Virus record (IMG/VR): IMGVR_UViG_3300033571_009404
Coordinates: 1-64,000 of that record
DNA length: 64,000 nt
Strand: one strand, 5' to 3'
This document shows positions 1-9,919 of the stretch, in pieces. Within the stretch, counting starts at the first letter, position 1; the number at the start of each line of letters is the position of its first letter. The translations under genes were made by a program, and so were the position numbers. The notes under the pieces were generated by a model. It saw only the letters and a list, made by a program, of their open reading frames with translations. It was not told the DNA's origin and did no database searches.

Positions 1-2
1 TG

Positions 3-422
3 CGCGTGTTGCGTGAACGTTACCCGCTGCGCTCGCAGAAGGTGGAGTTCGAAACCGTACTGCGCGTGCTGTCCAACCACAACAGCAATTCGCCGTACAC
101 CCATGCCAACATCGACCTGACTTTCGACGACATCGAGCGTCTGGCCGTGGTGTACGGTGTGACGGTGGTGGTCAAGCCTGTGCAGCGTGAAATCTTCAAC
201 GTGGCATTCCGCCGTGGTGACTACACCATCTCGCGTCTGCAGCAATTACTGGAAGCACGTGGTCGTAAGACCGACGTGGGTCACGTGATTGGCATGCTTG
301 ATCCTGATCGCAAACTGGGCATTACTGCCCACACCATCCTCTCCCGCGAGGATATCCGCTACCTGGCATATCGGCTGGATTTCAAGGCCCACTTTAAGTT
401 CGGCCTGCGTCGCATGCACTAA
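3..422 (+). CDS. 5'-truncated protein with two IF2 N-terminal-domain-like repeats
   Basis: Frame open from window start; segments ANIDLTFDDIERLAVVYGVTVVVK and TAHTILSREDIRYLAYRLDF resemble the C-terminal half of the IF2_N domain. Confidence 0.6.
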   Translation, partial: RVLRERYPLRSQKVEFETVLRVLSNHNSNSPYTHANIDLTFDDIERLAVVYGVTVVVKPVQREIFNVAFRRGDYTISRLQQLLEARGRKTDVGHVIGMLDPDRKLGITAHTILSREDIRYLAYRLDFKAHFKFGLRRMH

Positions 423-452
423 CCATCAACCTCAATCAATAGAAAGAGCAAA

Positions 453-992
453 ATGACTGATACCAATGTTGACTCGCCGCAAGCTTTTGAAGACGTCATG
501 CGAGTCAAGGAAAAAGTGGCGGACTACGATGACGTGTTGATTGGCTTGGGTCGTTTGGCTCAAGCCTTCAAAGACGACATGACCATGTACGCCATTCTGA
601 TCATGAACGATCGGCGTAACGAGTCTCAGCGTACGGTCGCGGTGGCCAGCTACTATCAGAAGTTTGGTCACCTTCCCGACACCCAGGCGAAGATGGGCAT
701 TGCCTGGGAAGAGTACGAGGGTGTTCTGAAGCCTCGTATGCAGCGGTTGCTGTCGGAAGCCATCAACAGCGAGATCGAAGCTGAAAATCGTGAAATGCAA
801 GCCAAGATCACCAAGCTGCAAAACGAGATGCTTGCACAAATGCGCAAGACCCATCAACCGCATCAACTGGGTACCGTCAATGAGATCGCACAGAAGTACG
901 GGATCTCGAAGTCGGAAGTTCGCCGTCTGAAGTCCGAAGGCAAGCTGGAAGAGTTCGTGCAAGAACGTGAAAGTGGTTCTGGTAAGTCATAA
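453..992 (+). CDS. Coiled-coil protein with C-terminal HTH DNA-binding domain
   Basis: GTVNEIAQKYGISKSEVRRLK is HTH-like. Confidence 0.7.
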   Translation: MTDTNVDSPQAFEDVMRVKEKVADYDDVLIGLGRLAQAFKDDMTMYAILIMNDRRNESQRTVAVASYYQKFGHLPDTQAKMGIAWEEYEGVLKPRMQRLLSEAINSEIEAENREMQAKITKLQNEMLAQMRKTHQPHQLGTVNEIAQKYGISKSEVRRLKSEGKLEEFVQERESGSGKS

Positions 993-1019
993 CAACCAAT
1001 AGAAAGGAGTACATCGCAA

Positions 1020-1475
1020 ATGTCCAATAACCTGACGTTTTCTACTTCGGTTCAACGTATCGTTGATATTGCTCAAGTACTGAAGCTTTTCAACGATACG
1101 TGCAAGTACATGCGCACACCGCGTTTTCGTGTGTCCATGAACATTCAGACCTATGAAACCGTCCCGCTGTACGGGGACTTTGACCAACTCTCGATCCGCC
1201 AGAACATGGTGGTGGCAGTAGTGGAGTTGCGTGACATGGATCTGAACAAGGTGGTAGAGAAGGTCGGGTTCGTCATCAATGATCGTCTGATGGCTGATAT
1301 CTGGCCGTTTGTCTACTATCGTGGTGACGGTTTGGAACGCGTGACTCACTATGACCATTCGTCTGTGCTGGGTGCGGGCTATATGGCTCGCTACCTGGCC
1401 ATTCAACTGGATCGTTACATCAACCCTGAAATGATTAGCCAAGTCTTGGCAGATAAGGCAAGCTATGTCGGCTAG
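1020..1475 (+). CDS. Hypothetical protein
   Basis: ORF with AAGGAG SD. Confidence 0.75.
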   Translation: MSNNLTFSTSVQRIVDIAQVLKLFNDTCKYMRTPRFRVSMNIQTYETVPLYGDFDQLSIRQNMVVAVVELRDMDLNKVVEKVGFVINDRLMADIWPFVYYRGDGLERVTHYDHSSVLGAGYMARYLAIQLDRYINPEMISQVLADKASYVG

Positions 1476-1875
1476 TTCTGTTTCTGGATTGCGCCGTCCT
1501 GGTCTACTCGCCCAGTTGCGCATACTGTTAATTGAGTGTGCCCACACCGCCAGTAAAAAGGAACCCGAATTCGACTTGGAACGCATTGTCGATGACGGGG
1601 AACTGGTTACAGCGGTGTGGACTAAATGGATTAATGCGTATCCCGAGGCGCGCCAGTACAACGTAATCGATAATATCGATTACACGCTGACCAAGATCAT
1701 CCACTACAATCCGAATGCATTCATGAGTGCGCGTGCAAGGGATAAATGGATGAAAGAAATCATGGAAAGTTATAACAGTGCTAGACTGTTGCAAGAAGCA
1801 TTGGGTAACTATCCGTCGGATACGCAATTCCGTTTCCCTGAAATTAAAACTCTGAGAGACTTCTCAGTTAAATAA
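1465..1875 (+). CDS. Hypothetical protein
   Basis: ORF overlapping upstream stop, AAGG SD. Confidence 0.7.
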   Translation: MSASSVSGLRRPGLLAQLRILLIECAHTASKKEPEFDLERIVDDGELVTAVWTKWINAYPEARQYNVIDNIDYTLTKIIHYNPNAFMSARARDKWMKEIMESYNSARLLQEALGNYPSDTQFRFPEIKTLRDFSVK

Positions 1876-1887
1876 AAAGGATTACCT

Positions 1888-2697
1888 ATGGAACTTACTT
1901 TTTTCACCAAGACCCTCGACGGTATTGTCAAAAGCTTGGAGCGGTCCGGTGAAACCGGTGTTGGTTACCGCAATGGTTATTTGTTGATCCAGAAGGTCGA
2001 ACTCTACAGTGCGACTTCCCGTATGGTTCATCAAGATTTCCTGAGCATCGTTTATCAGGAAATCGACAACAGCTACGATGAGCGTTTCGATGGTCAGGTC
2101 AGACATCGTTACTTCAATCGTCGGTATTACAAGACGGATTACATCAGCATGATCCAATTACTGGATGCGTTCGATCGCCGTCAGCAGGATGGATCTGATG
2201 AACTCGATGATAGCTTCGGTATGACGTACCGTCAGGCCATGGAGTACATGTGTGAAAAGAACTTGCGTGACTTCATCAGAATCTACACACCGCAAGTACG
2301 CATCGAACATCTGATCAAGCGTGTCAATGACACACTCAGTAAGAGAAATTCTAACTGTCTGATGTTCGACTTGGAACAGGCGATGGCTATACTTGGTTGT
2401 CAGTTGAGACCAGGTTATTACGTAACCAAACAACAAGCTGACGAACTGGTCAATATGTTCTCTATCGAGGTGATTGAAGCATATGACCTGGCTCGCACAA
2501 TCAACGTTCGTCGTTCTATGACGATTGATAAGTACTGTGAGCGATTCAATCAGCCATTGAGCGATGTTATTAATGCCATCAGTGCTGATCCGACCTTTGC
2601 AGGTAAGGTTGTGGAACCTTCCACGAAGCTTACACCATCCGTCATCGAGAGCCTGTTGTACATGCATTTCGATGACGTTGTTGTTAATCGTAAATAA
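1888..2697 (+). CDS. Hypothetical protein with C-terminal IF2_N-like repeats
   Basis: AAGGA SD; MTIDKYCERFNQPLSDVINAI...PSTKLTPSVIESL pattern. Confidence 0.65.
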   Translation: MELTFFTKTLDGIVKSLERSGETGVGYRNGYLLIQKVELYSATSRMVHQDFLSIVYQEIDNSYDERFDGQVRHRYFNRRYYKTDYISMIQLLDAFDRRQQDGSDELDDSFGMTYRQAMEYMCEKNLRDFIRIYTPQVRIEHLIKRVNDTLSKRNSNCLMFDLEQAMAILGCQLRPGYYVTKQQADELVNMFSIEVIEAYDLARTINVRRSMTIDKYCERFNQPLSDVINAISADPTFAGKVVEPSTKLTPSVIESLLYMHFDDVVVNRK

Positions 2698-2709
2698 GGA
2701 GTAGTAAAT

Positions 2710-2907
2710 ATGGAACAAAAGATGTTCGAACGTCAGTTGAAGGAAGCAAAGGAATCACTGACGCAAGCACAAAACATCGTGGACGCATTGATGAACGAAC
2801 CCGATCAAGCCGATTTGTCACAACGTGTTGTATCGGCTGCTCGTATCGCTTCTCAGGCAGCTGCGGATCTTAACATGCTGGGCGGCGCACTGCGCTATAA
2901 CAAGTAA
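2710..2907 (+). CDS. Small helical hypothetical protein
   Basis: AAGGAG SD; 65 aa. Confidence 0.75.
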   Translation: MEQKMFERQLKEAKESLTQAQNIVDALMNEPDQADLSQRVVSAARIASQAAADLNMLGGALRYNK

Positions 2908-2919
2908 GGAGCAGTAATT

Positions 2920-3660
2920 ATGCAACTCATGATGTCTCTGCCTGTCCAGGCTGTTATCAATTCTTTCGTTGCTTTCGAGAAAGCCATCGAAGATCTCGAT
3001 CAACCCTTCGCCGTAGAAGTTCACCACTTCGAATGGCATCAAGGTCAGTTCGGTCTCATCGCTACCATCACTGGTGATGATGGCAAGAGTGGCAAGAGTG
3101 GTCTCGATAAGACTTCGGTTACGATCCACTTCTTCTACCCGAACAACAAGATCGTGGTGGAAGTTCTCGAACGCTACACCAATAATCCGGTTACGAAGTT
3201 CAGCCGGGCATTCGATGCATCTGACTTCAAGGAAGCGGTCAAGCATGCGGTGGATTCGCTTGTGGCTGAGCATATCGCCAGCATGCAAGCCAAACCAACG
3301 GTCAAGCCTTTGGTCTATGCCCCGGACACAGCCTTCTTCCTCAAGCTGTTGTCCGTGGCGCACACGAGCCTGTTCAACAACACCAAGTACCCGGTGGAAG
3401 TGAACATCGGCTCCGAGGACTTCAATCCTTACATGAAGTTCGAGATTCGTGAAGGCGACTACGACAAGGTCTTCGTCAAGTACGAGATCGATGGTCATCG
3501 TATCGAATTCGGTGTGGAAGAAGGTGGCGAGGAATGCTTCGGCGCCTTGATCGATGACGTCGTGTTCCATGAAACTCAGGTCGATGAGATCATGGCACAC
3601 GTGCTGAAGTTGCTCGACATCCTCTACACCAGCCAAGAAGCTGGCAAGTGGGACCGTTAA
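2920..3660 (+). CDS. Hypothetical protein
   Basis: AAGGAG SD; strong codon bias. Confidence 0.8.
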   Translation: MQLMMSLPVQAVINSFVAFEKAIEDLDQPFAVEVHHFEWHQGQFGLIATITGDDGKSGKSGLDKTSVTIHFFYPNNKIVVEVLERYTNNPVTKFSRAFDASDFKEAVKHAVDSLVAEHIASMQAKPTVKPLVYAPDTAFFLKLLSVAHTSLFNNTKYPVEVNIGSEDFNPYMKFEIREGDYDKVFVKYEIDGHRIEFGVEEGGEECFGALIDDVVFHETQVDEIMAHVLKLLDILYTSQEAGKWDR

Positions 3661-3681
3661 TTAATAAGTAAAGGAGTAGTC

Positions 3682-4347
3682 ATGCGGTATAACGTCGGTG
3701 AAAAGTTGTATGTGGTGAACTTCGCCTTCCATGGCCAAGAACCTGAAGAGAACGCGCTGTATCAGTCTCCGTATCTCCGGGGCCTGATGCCGCGCATCTC
3801 CCAGATCCGTCTGAATCAGTTGACGGTGGAAGAACACCACAAGGTGCCGTATATCCATGATCCGGAACAAAAACTGGAACATGACGGTTACATCCTGAAA
3901 GATGACTCGGGTCAGGTTTTCTACAACCAATACCCTTCGTCCCACTATGGTCAATTCAGCGACCACATGGACTATCGCTTCCGGATGAAAGATCCGGATA
4001 CCGATGAGGCGCGTGAAGCCTACGTCAACGACATGGAACTCAACGACCCGCTCCCGCATGAATACATGTTGCTGGAGCAATTCCTGAAGGAACTGCGTCG
4101 TGGCATCACAGCAGTATTCGATGTCATCGCCAAGTATGAAGTCGCTGGTGTTGAGGAGATGGAGAACTATCGTCCTCTGCGCTGGCAGCGTGAGTACCAT
4201 GCGGTGTTGTCCGAGCTGTTGACTGAACTCAACAAGGCATTCAGGCACGCATTCGAAGGTCATGACTACGATCTGGTCCTGAAGCCCATCGATGAGAACG
4301 ATCCCGGCAGTATGAAGTTCTGGGAAGTGGAGTTCAAGACGGTGTAA
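3682..4347 (+). CDS. Hypothetical protein
   Basis: AAGGAG SD. Confidence 0.8.
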   Translation: MRYNVGEKLYVVNFAFHGQEPEENALYQSPYLRGLMPRISQIRLNQLTVEEHHKVPYIHDPEQKLEHDGYILKDDSGQVFYNQYPSSHYGQFSDHMDYRFRMKDPDTDEAREAYVNDMELNDPLPHEYMLLEQFLKELRRGITAVFDVIAKYEVAGVEEMENYRPLRWQREYHAVLSELLTELNKAFRHAFEGHDYDLVLKPIDENDPGSMKFWEVEFKTV

Positions 4348-4348
4348 C

Positions 4349-4379
4349 GTCATAAAGGCTACCGGTTTCCCGGTAGCCT
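4349..4379. terminator. Intergenic hairpin preceded by GTCATAA tag
   Basis: AGGCTACCGG-TTTC-CCGGTAGCCT (4356-4379); no U-tract on the + strand. Confidence 0.6.
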
Positions 4380-4400
4380 AAAATAAAAGGAGTAGTACCT

Positions 4401-4772
4401 ATGAAAACAGTAGCAGGAATAAATGCATTTGTTCTCAGTCAACTTTACGTGGCACTGTATAATGCTGCTTCCGTAAAGGAGAGTGAGAACTCGGTGACCA
4501 TGAAACAGTTCTTTAGTGCGAACATGGTTGAAGTGGTTATGGGCGATGTCGCATGCAACTCAGTCAAAGCATCTTTCAAACTGATCACAGATGATGATCA
4601 TCAGGCTGAGTCGATTCAAATCGTCGTCCATCATCGCGCCAATTCCGACAAGATCATTTACAGTTCACGTGATCGTATCAAGGACTACAACTACGCGAAC
4701 CACATGAAGTTCGTGATTGATCTGATGGATAACGAGTACAATCACTTAAAGGAGTGCAATACCTATGGTTAA
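4401..4772 (+). CDS. Hypothetical protein
   Basis: AAGGAG SD. Confidence 0.75.
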   Translation: MKTVAGINAFVLSQLYVALYNAASVKESENSVTMKQFFSANMVEVVMGDVACNSVKASFKLITDDDHQAESIQIVVHHRANSDKIIYSSRDRIKDYNYANHMKFVIDLMDNEYNHLKECNTYG

Positions 4773-5013
4773 AGTAATATTGCTGATAAGGCATCTCGGT
4801 CCGGATGGTCCTCCGGCCGTTACCAGTTCCATGAAGGTCGAAGACGATGTCTACAAGATCGAGAACTACATGAAGGAAGACATGGAAAAGGCACGCGATG
4901 AATTCATCAGCACTTTCCCTGAATTCCGTCGCGCCCATTGGGCTATTCAGCTGGTGGATATCCGTAACCACGGTATGTCCAGTCTCGACCACATCAAGTT
5001 GGACCCTATTTAA
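4765..5013 (+). CDS. Hypothetical protein
   Basis: AAGGAG SD, overlaps upstream stop. Confidence 0.7.
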   Translation: MVKVILLIRHLGPDGPPAVTSSMKVEDDVYKIENYMKEDMEKARDEFISTFPEFRRAHWAIQLVDIRNHGMSSLDHIKLDPI

Positions 5014-5027
5014 AGGAGGTATTACCT

Positions 5028-6311
5028 ATGCGAAACAATCATTTCATCATGGAGACCATCCATGCTAAACGTGCAGTGGATACGGTGTTTGATTCCGTAC
5101 TCCATGGACTGTTGACGGAGGGTGTCTATCATCAACGTAACACAGTTGTTGGTGTTGACTACATGCTGAAGATCATGGAGTCTCCGCCGCCCAACAGGAT
5201 GCCGATCATCCAATTCAAGAGTTCGGCTATGAGTGCTCCCTGGAAACTGGAACGCTACTACACGCTGAGTGAAGGGCTGATGGCGGCGGTCTTCGGCATC
5301 TGGTCGTGCTGCGAGTACGGCATCAGTCCGCCTGAAAACATCATGATCGGGGACATCACCAAAGATGTTCTGGACTGCATCGAACGTCTGAAAAGTACGG
5401 AGCAATCACATCGACTACGGATGTTCTCCGATTTGCCGCGCTTTGGTTATTCGGGGGATGCAGGTGGTCCTCTGCATCAGACCGCTCAGGAGACTTATGG
5501 GCGCGGCATTTCCCCGCAGTTCGGCAGAGGCAATAGCAATATGGGATACCACCACACCATGCTTCAACCTCGGATCACGCCCGTGAATTTCCGCAGTGGT
5601 ATACGTCTGGATGTGGCGGCTCATCTGGCACATCGTTGGTGTCCTGCTGCGTTTCATGGTCTATTGGATCCGACCGCTGGTATGGTCGGCTTTTGCAATC
5701 ACTGGTGGCCAGGTCCGCAGTATACGAACGACTTCATCATGACTGAGTCCATGCTGACGACGTTCGTGAATGAGCTGGAAAGGGTACATCACGTTCGTGC
5801 TGGTGTGTCTAGCAACATCGCTGAAACGGACATCGTGTTGAAGGCGGGTGTGGAGTACACTCCACTGAGTTTTGTCGAGGAGATCCTGAAACAAGGTAAT
5901 CCTGGTCATACTCGTGATGAGTACCTGACACATCTGGGTTGTCTCGGGGTCGATTTGACCAAACCGTTGACAGATACGATGATGCATCTGTTCGCCTTCG
6001 ACTACTACCTATCGCTCAAGTTCATATCCGAGCAGAACGTTGACAAGGTGAAGCTGAAGGAAGAACTCCTGGCCAAGATCCAACCCAAGTCCAAGAGCGT
6101 AACCGTCAGGGGTGGCATCTGGCTGCGTCAGTTCGGTCGTAATGCGAAGATCGCTGATATCGACTCGCTGATCACTTACTACACGGTCTTCTATCCTGGC
6201 TGGATATCGAATGGCAGTAAACCTGGCAGGAGTGATGACTTCTGGCTGGAACCCTCGCAGGTGAGCATCATGGCCGAAGACATCGGTATCCCGAAGGTGA
6301 TTGTGAAGTAA
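5028..6311 (+). CDS. Hypothetical protein with C-terminal IF2_N-like repeats
   Basis: AAGGAGG SD; ends SDDFWLEPSQVSIMAEDIGIPKVIVK. Confidence 0.65.
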   Translation: MRNNHFIMETIHAKRAVDTVFDSVLHGLLTEGVYHQRNTVVGVDYMLKIMESPPPNRMPIIQFKSSAMSAPWKLERYYTLSEGLMAAVFGIWSCCEYGISPPENIMIGDITKDVLDCIERLKSTEQSHRLRMFSDLPRFGYSGDAGGPLHQTAQETYGRGISPQFGRGNSNMGYHHTMLQPRITPVNFRSGIRLDVAAHLAHRWCPAAFHGLLDPTAGMVGFCNHWWPGPQYTNDFIMTESMLTTFVNELERVHHVRAGVSSNIAETDIVLKAGVEYTPLSFVEEILKQGNPGHTRDEYLTHLGCLGVDLTKPLTDTMMHLFAFDYYLSLKFISEQNVDKVKLKEELLAKIQPKSKSVTVRGGIWLRQFGRNAKIADIDSLITYYTVFYPGWISNGSKPGRSDDFWLEPSQVSIMAEDIGIPKVIVK

Positions 6312-6343
6312 TTAGTTACTAGCGTACATTACGTTATGTAAAT

Positions 6344-6370
6344 GCCCTCCCTTCGGGGAGGGCTTCTTTC
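6344..6370 (+). terminator. Intrinsic terminator
   Basis: GCCCTCCC-TTCG-GGGAGGGC followed by a pyrimidine/T-rich tract. Confidence 0.8.
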
Positions 6371-6403
6371 TCATCCCTTTTCTTTTTGTATTCAAACGCA
6401 ATT

Positions 6404-6425
6404 AGAACACATATTACTAAGTTGA
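6404..6425 (+). promoter_or_regulatory. Putative phage early promoter motif
   Basis: AGAACACATATTACTAAGTTGA; one of six intergenic copies; core resembles the phiKZ early motif TATATTAC. Confidence 0.65.
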
Positions 6426-6477
6426 TAATAGAACGGTCTATTGTCCTCTTTTTAACTATGTTTAAGGAAGCCCTATA

Positions 6478-7083
6478 ATGGCACTGCTCACTACCAAGAA
6501 ATACAACATCAAAGAAGTCATCTATCGTTCCAACCCGAACCTGGGTCTGCAAGAGAACATCATGATGGCCATGGACAAGAAGAAATCCGATTTGCTGTTC
6601 CCCGGTCAAGTCAAGCCCAAGCCAGTCATCAACTACGAGTTCTATCTGGACTACGATGGCTACAAAGCCAAACTGCCGGACAGCGCCAAGTGCACGATCA
6701 CCAAATCGTACATGGACACGCTCATCAACAACGCCACCAAGCAATTCGAATCCACTCGCCTGGCGTACAACAAGTTCGTCAAGGCCGATGACAAGAGCAT
6801 CGAATACTGGCATGAGTTGAAGCGTTTCGTGGTCGATGATGAAACCTATGTCAATGACATCGACGCAGCTATCGAAAATGCATGCTACCACAGTACGCGT
6901 GCATTCGCAGAAGGTCGCTACATGCCACGTCGTGTCGTCCGTACGCAGTATCTCATCATCACAACCCACAACCTGTTCGCATTCAATCCGTGGGCTGAAG
7001 GTGAAGCACTGCGCTTGCGTCGTCTGTTTGAAGAGATGCAAGAAGAACGTCTGAAGAATCTGTCCATCACTCCTTGTAAGTAA
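6478..7083 (+). CDS. Hypothetical protein
   Basis: AAGGA SD; strong codon bias. Confidence 0.8.
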   Translation: MALLTTKKYNIKEVIYRSNPNLGLQENIMMAMDKKKSDLLFPGQVKPKPVINYEFYLDYDGYKAKLPDSAKCTITKSYMDTLINNATKQFESTRLAYNKFVKADDKSIEYWHELKRFVVDDETYVNDIDAAIENACYHSTRAFAEGRYMPRRVVRTQYLIITTHNLFAFNPWAEGEALRLRRLFEEMQEERLKNLSITPCK

Positions 7084-7109
7084 GGAGCAATTAAGAGGAT
7101 ATCCCCATT

Positions 7110-8843
7110 ATGTTTTCTCATCCATTTTATTTCTTCTGGCAAAACAAGTCTCCGTTTTCCAATTGGTATATCCGGAACTTCAAAGTCAGAGAAATGATCT
7201 TCAATTGCGTTGAGCAATACATGATGTACCAGAAGGCTGTGTTCTTTGGTGATTTGGAAACTGCTAAGCTTATCATGGCAGAATCCAAACCAAAGAAGCA
7301 GAAAGAACTGGGACGTCAGGTCAAAGGCTTCAATCGCATTGATTGGGATTCTGTAGTTGAGGATATCCTCTACACGGCTATCAAGGCCAAGTTCACCCAG
7401 CATCGTGATCTGGGTGAATTGATGCTAAGCATCACTGCGAAAGAATTCGTCGAAGCATCTCCGTATGACCGGATCTATGGTGTGCGATTGTCAATGAATG
7501 ACCCTCGCATCCAGTCAAAGAAATTATGGCTCGGCCTAAACAAGCTTGGGCGTGTGCTGACCCGAGTACGTAACTGGCTGTATGTCAAGAAGAAAGGAAA
7601 GAACATGATCGATCTGTCCCCGCATCATCCAGAAGTCATTATTCTGGATTTGACAGATGTGTTTGCCGATGCACAACGGCGGCTGGCACATACGGGTGAT
7701 GTGAATCTGCTGTTGCCCTCGATGGTCAGTAGCATCATGACGTGTGTGGAATGTCGTGATCCCGATATGACCCGGTTGGAAGTCTATGTCTCTGACTTGA
7801 TCGAACAGTTCAAGAATGATGGCATGCCAACTGAGGATGGTGAAATTGCCGCAGCTATCGCTAAAGACATCGGACGTAAGCTTGTCTATGAGATCGAGAA
7901 GATCGGCGGTTACGATGAGAACGATAATTTCGATTACGATGTCTATCGTGTGGAAATCTCCGGAGCTGTGGTACTGACTCGTCTGGATCCTGTGGGCGCT
8001 CGTGCTCAAGAGAAGAGGAAAGAATGGTTTCCTGATCCGGAAGCTGTTGGTAAATCGATTTCTTCAGGTAGCAGGGTTGACCATATGGTCATGGTCGATG
8101 ACGACGGCAATCCAATCAAGACGTCTGTAGTGGATATCCCTGAACCCACTCAAGAACAGAAGGATCATATTGCTTCTTTCGAAGTTAAACTTCCTTCGCT
8201 TGAAGAAATGGAGAATCATCCGCATCAAGGATACTTCCAAGGCCAACACAATGTGCAATATGCTGCTAAGTTAGGAGAAGTAGTCACTCCTGAACAGCAG
8301 CTGCAGAACTACGAAGCACATGAGCGTCGTGTGGTTATCGAGGAGAATGTCCCGGCTGCTGGTTTCCGTAGTCGTACGGAGTACGATCTCCCCAGTGAAG
8401 ACTTTACTTCATCGACTGTTGAGTCCAATATCAGCAACAAAATCGATAAGATGCTTCATAGCCCTAAGTTCAATATGAAGTTTGCTCCTTGCGATGATCT
8501 GGGAGAAATCTCTGTCAGATTGAACGGTCAAACCATTCAGAATCCAACACCTGAACAATTGTCCGAAGTTGCCAATAAGTTGGGTTTCGATGCAGCTGAC
8601 GTCATCATGGGACAAGACAAAGGTTATCGTGAGGTTCCCTTGTCTGAAGTCAAAGAGTCTCCTTATAAAGAGATTCTCGACAATGCGTTCCAGGATCAGG
8701 AAAGGGTTATCATCAATGCAGCTCCACGCTACGTACCCCTTGGTATCGTAGACGGCGATCAACAACAACAGAAGTGGAAAGACACTACAACAGGGGAAGT
8801 GCTTACCAACGAAGAACGATTTAATCGAGTTTCAAAAGACTAA
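7110..8843 (+). CDS. NADAR (YbiA-like) domain fused to a 412-aa unknown region
   Basis: FSNWY, EQYMMYQKA, KELGRQV, AKFTQH, VEASPYDRIYG and GLNKLG motifs in aa 1-158. Confidence 0.85.
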   Translation: MFSHPFYFFWQNKSPFSNWYIRNFKVREMIFNCVEQYMMYQKAVFFGDLETAKLIMAESKPKKQKELGRQVKGFNRIDWDSVVEDILYTAIKAKFTQHRDLGELMLSITAKEFVEASPYDRIYGVRLSMNDPRIQSKKLWLGLNKLGRVLTRVRNWLYVKKKGKNMIDLSPHHPEVIILDLTDVFADAQRRLAHTGDVNLLLPSMVSSIMTCVECRDPDMTRLEVYVSDLIEQFKNDGMPTEDGEIAAAIAKDIGRKLVYEIEKIGGYDENDNFDYDVYRVEISGAVVLTRLDPVGARAQEKRKEWFPDPEAVGKSISSGSRVDHMVMVDDDGNPIKTSVVDIPEPTQEQKDHIASFEVKLPSLEEMENHPHQGYFQGQHNVQYAAKLGEVVTPEQQLQNYEAHERRVVIEENVPAAGFRSRTEYDLPSEDFTSSTVESNISNKIDKMLHSPKFNMKFAPCDDLGEISVRLNGQTIQNPTPEQLSEVANKLGFDAADVIMGQDKGYREVPLSEVKESPYKEILDNAFQDQERVIINAAPRYVPLGIVDGDQQQQKWKDTTTGEVLTNEERFNRVSKD

Positions 8844-8870
8844 TCTTCTTAATTATCTCAGGGGCGAGAT

Positions 8871-9125
8871 ATGAGCGCTGTAAATCAGGGGACTGTTGTC
8901 CATCAGCAAACTCTGTTAAATGAGGACAACACCAAAGCAGCTACTTTGACTTATCGTAATGGTTCTAACATTCCAGCGGAGTGGGAGTTATCTCAGGATG
9001 GGGATTCTGAACGTAACTTCCTTACACTGGAATTGTACCTAGCGATCAAAGGCATTGCTTTGACCAGACAGGAATGTGGTTTGACACCGGTTGATACGGT
9101 GCAAGCTTCTTTGGAATTCGAATAG
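8871..9125 (+). CDS. Hypothetical protein
   Basis: ORF in operon, AGGGG SD. Confidence 0.6.
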   Translation: MSAVNQGTVVHQQTLLNEDNTKAATLTYRNGSNIPAEWELSQDGDSERNFLTLELYLAIKGIALTRQECGLTPVDTVQASLEFE

Positions 9126-9135
9126 GAATTGTGCG

Positions 9136-9903
9136 ATGGAAAAGAGATTGAAAATGAAGAAGGCGTCCTTCATTGTCTGCGAAGGCATGGATGGATCTGG
9201 TAAGACGACAGTGTCTAAGTATCTACTGGAGTTAATGGGTTTATTTGGCTATGATGTCAAGTGGACGCGTGAACCTGGTGGTACTCCACTGGCTGAAAGT
9301 ATCCGTAACCTGATACTGACAACTGAGATGGATTCTACTACTGAACTTCTGCTGTTTAACGCAGCACGTCGTGATCATGTAGAAAACCTGATCAAGCCGT
9401 CTTTAGCAAAGGACATCACAGTGGTATCGGATCGCTTTGTGGATTCGACCATTGCTTACCAGTGCTACGCTAATCAGCGTTCACCTCTTCATCAAGTACT
9501 ATCTCTGCACCAGACTTGTATCGATTTCGATCCTGACTATGTCATTTACCTTGACATTCTCCCTGAAGTAGCAGCAGCTCGTGCAAATCAGCGTGGCGCT
9601 GGTGACCGTTTCGACAACATGCCAGCCGACTATAAGAAGCGTCTGGAGATGGGGTACCAAGTAGGGATGCTCATGCATAAAGCTAGCACCTCTACTGAAG
9701 TCGTTACCATCGATGCCAATCAAAACCTACTCGATGTATTTGAGCAAGTGTTTAATTGGTTTGTTCGCTACTACTGCGCCACGCATCAACCTGCAGCGTC
9801 ATTCGTCTTTGATAATGAAAAGCATACTAAAGCGCTCGAAAACCCTGTACTCCAGGCGGCGTTAGAACAGCATCGTCAGCACTGGCGTCTTAACTTTAGC
9901 TAA
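9136..9903 (+). CDS. tmk: Thymidylate (dTMP) kinase
   Basis: EGMDGSGKTT P-loop, TREPGGT, SDRFVDSTIAYQ; start moved to ATG 9136 after AGGA. Confidence 0.95.
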   Translation: MEKRLKMKKASFIVCEGMDGSGKTTVSKYLLELMGLFGYDVKWTREPGGTPLAESIRNLILTTEMDSTTELLLFNAARRDHVENLIKPSLAKDITVVSDRFVDSTIAYQCYANQRSPLHQVLSLHQTCIDFDPDYVIYLDILPEVAAARANQRGAGDRFDNMPADYKKRLEMGYQVGMLMHKASTSTEVVTIDANQNLLDVFEQVFNWFVRYYCATHQPAASFVFDNEKHTKALENPVLQAALEQHRQHWRLNFS

Positions 9904-9919
9904 TACGGTAACGTCTACA

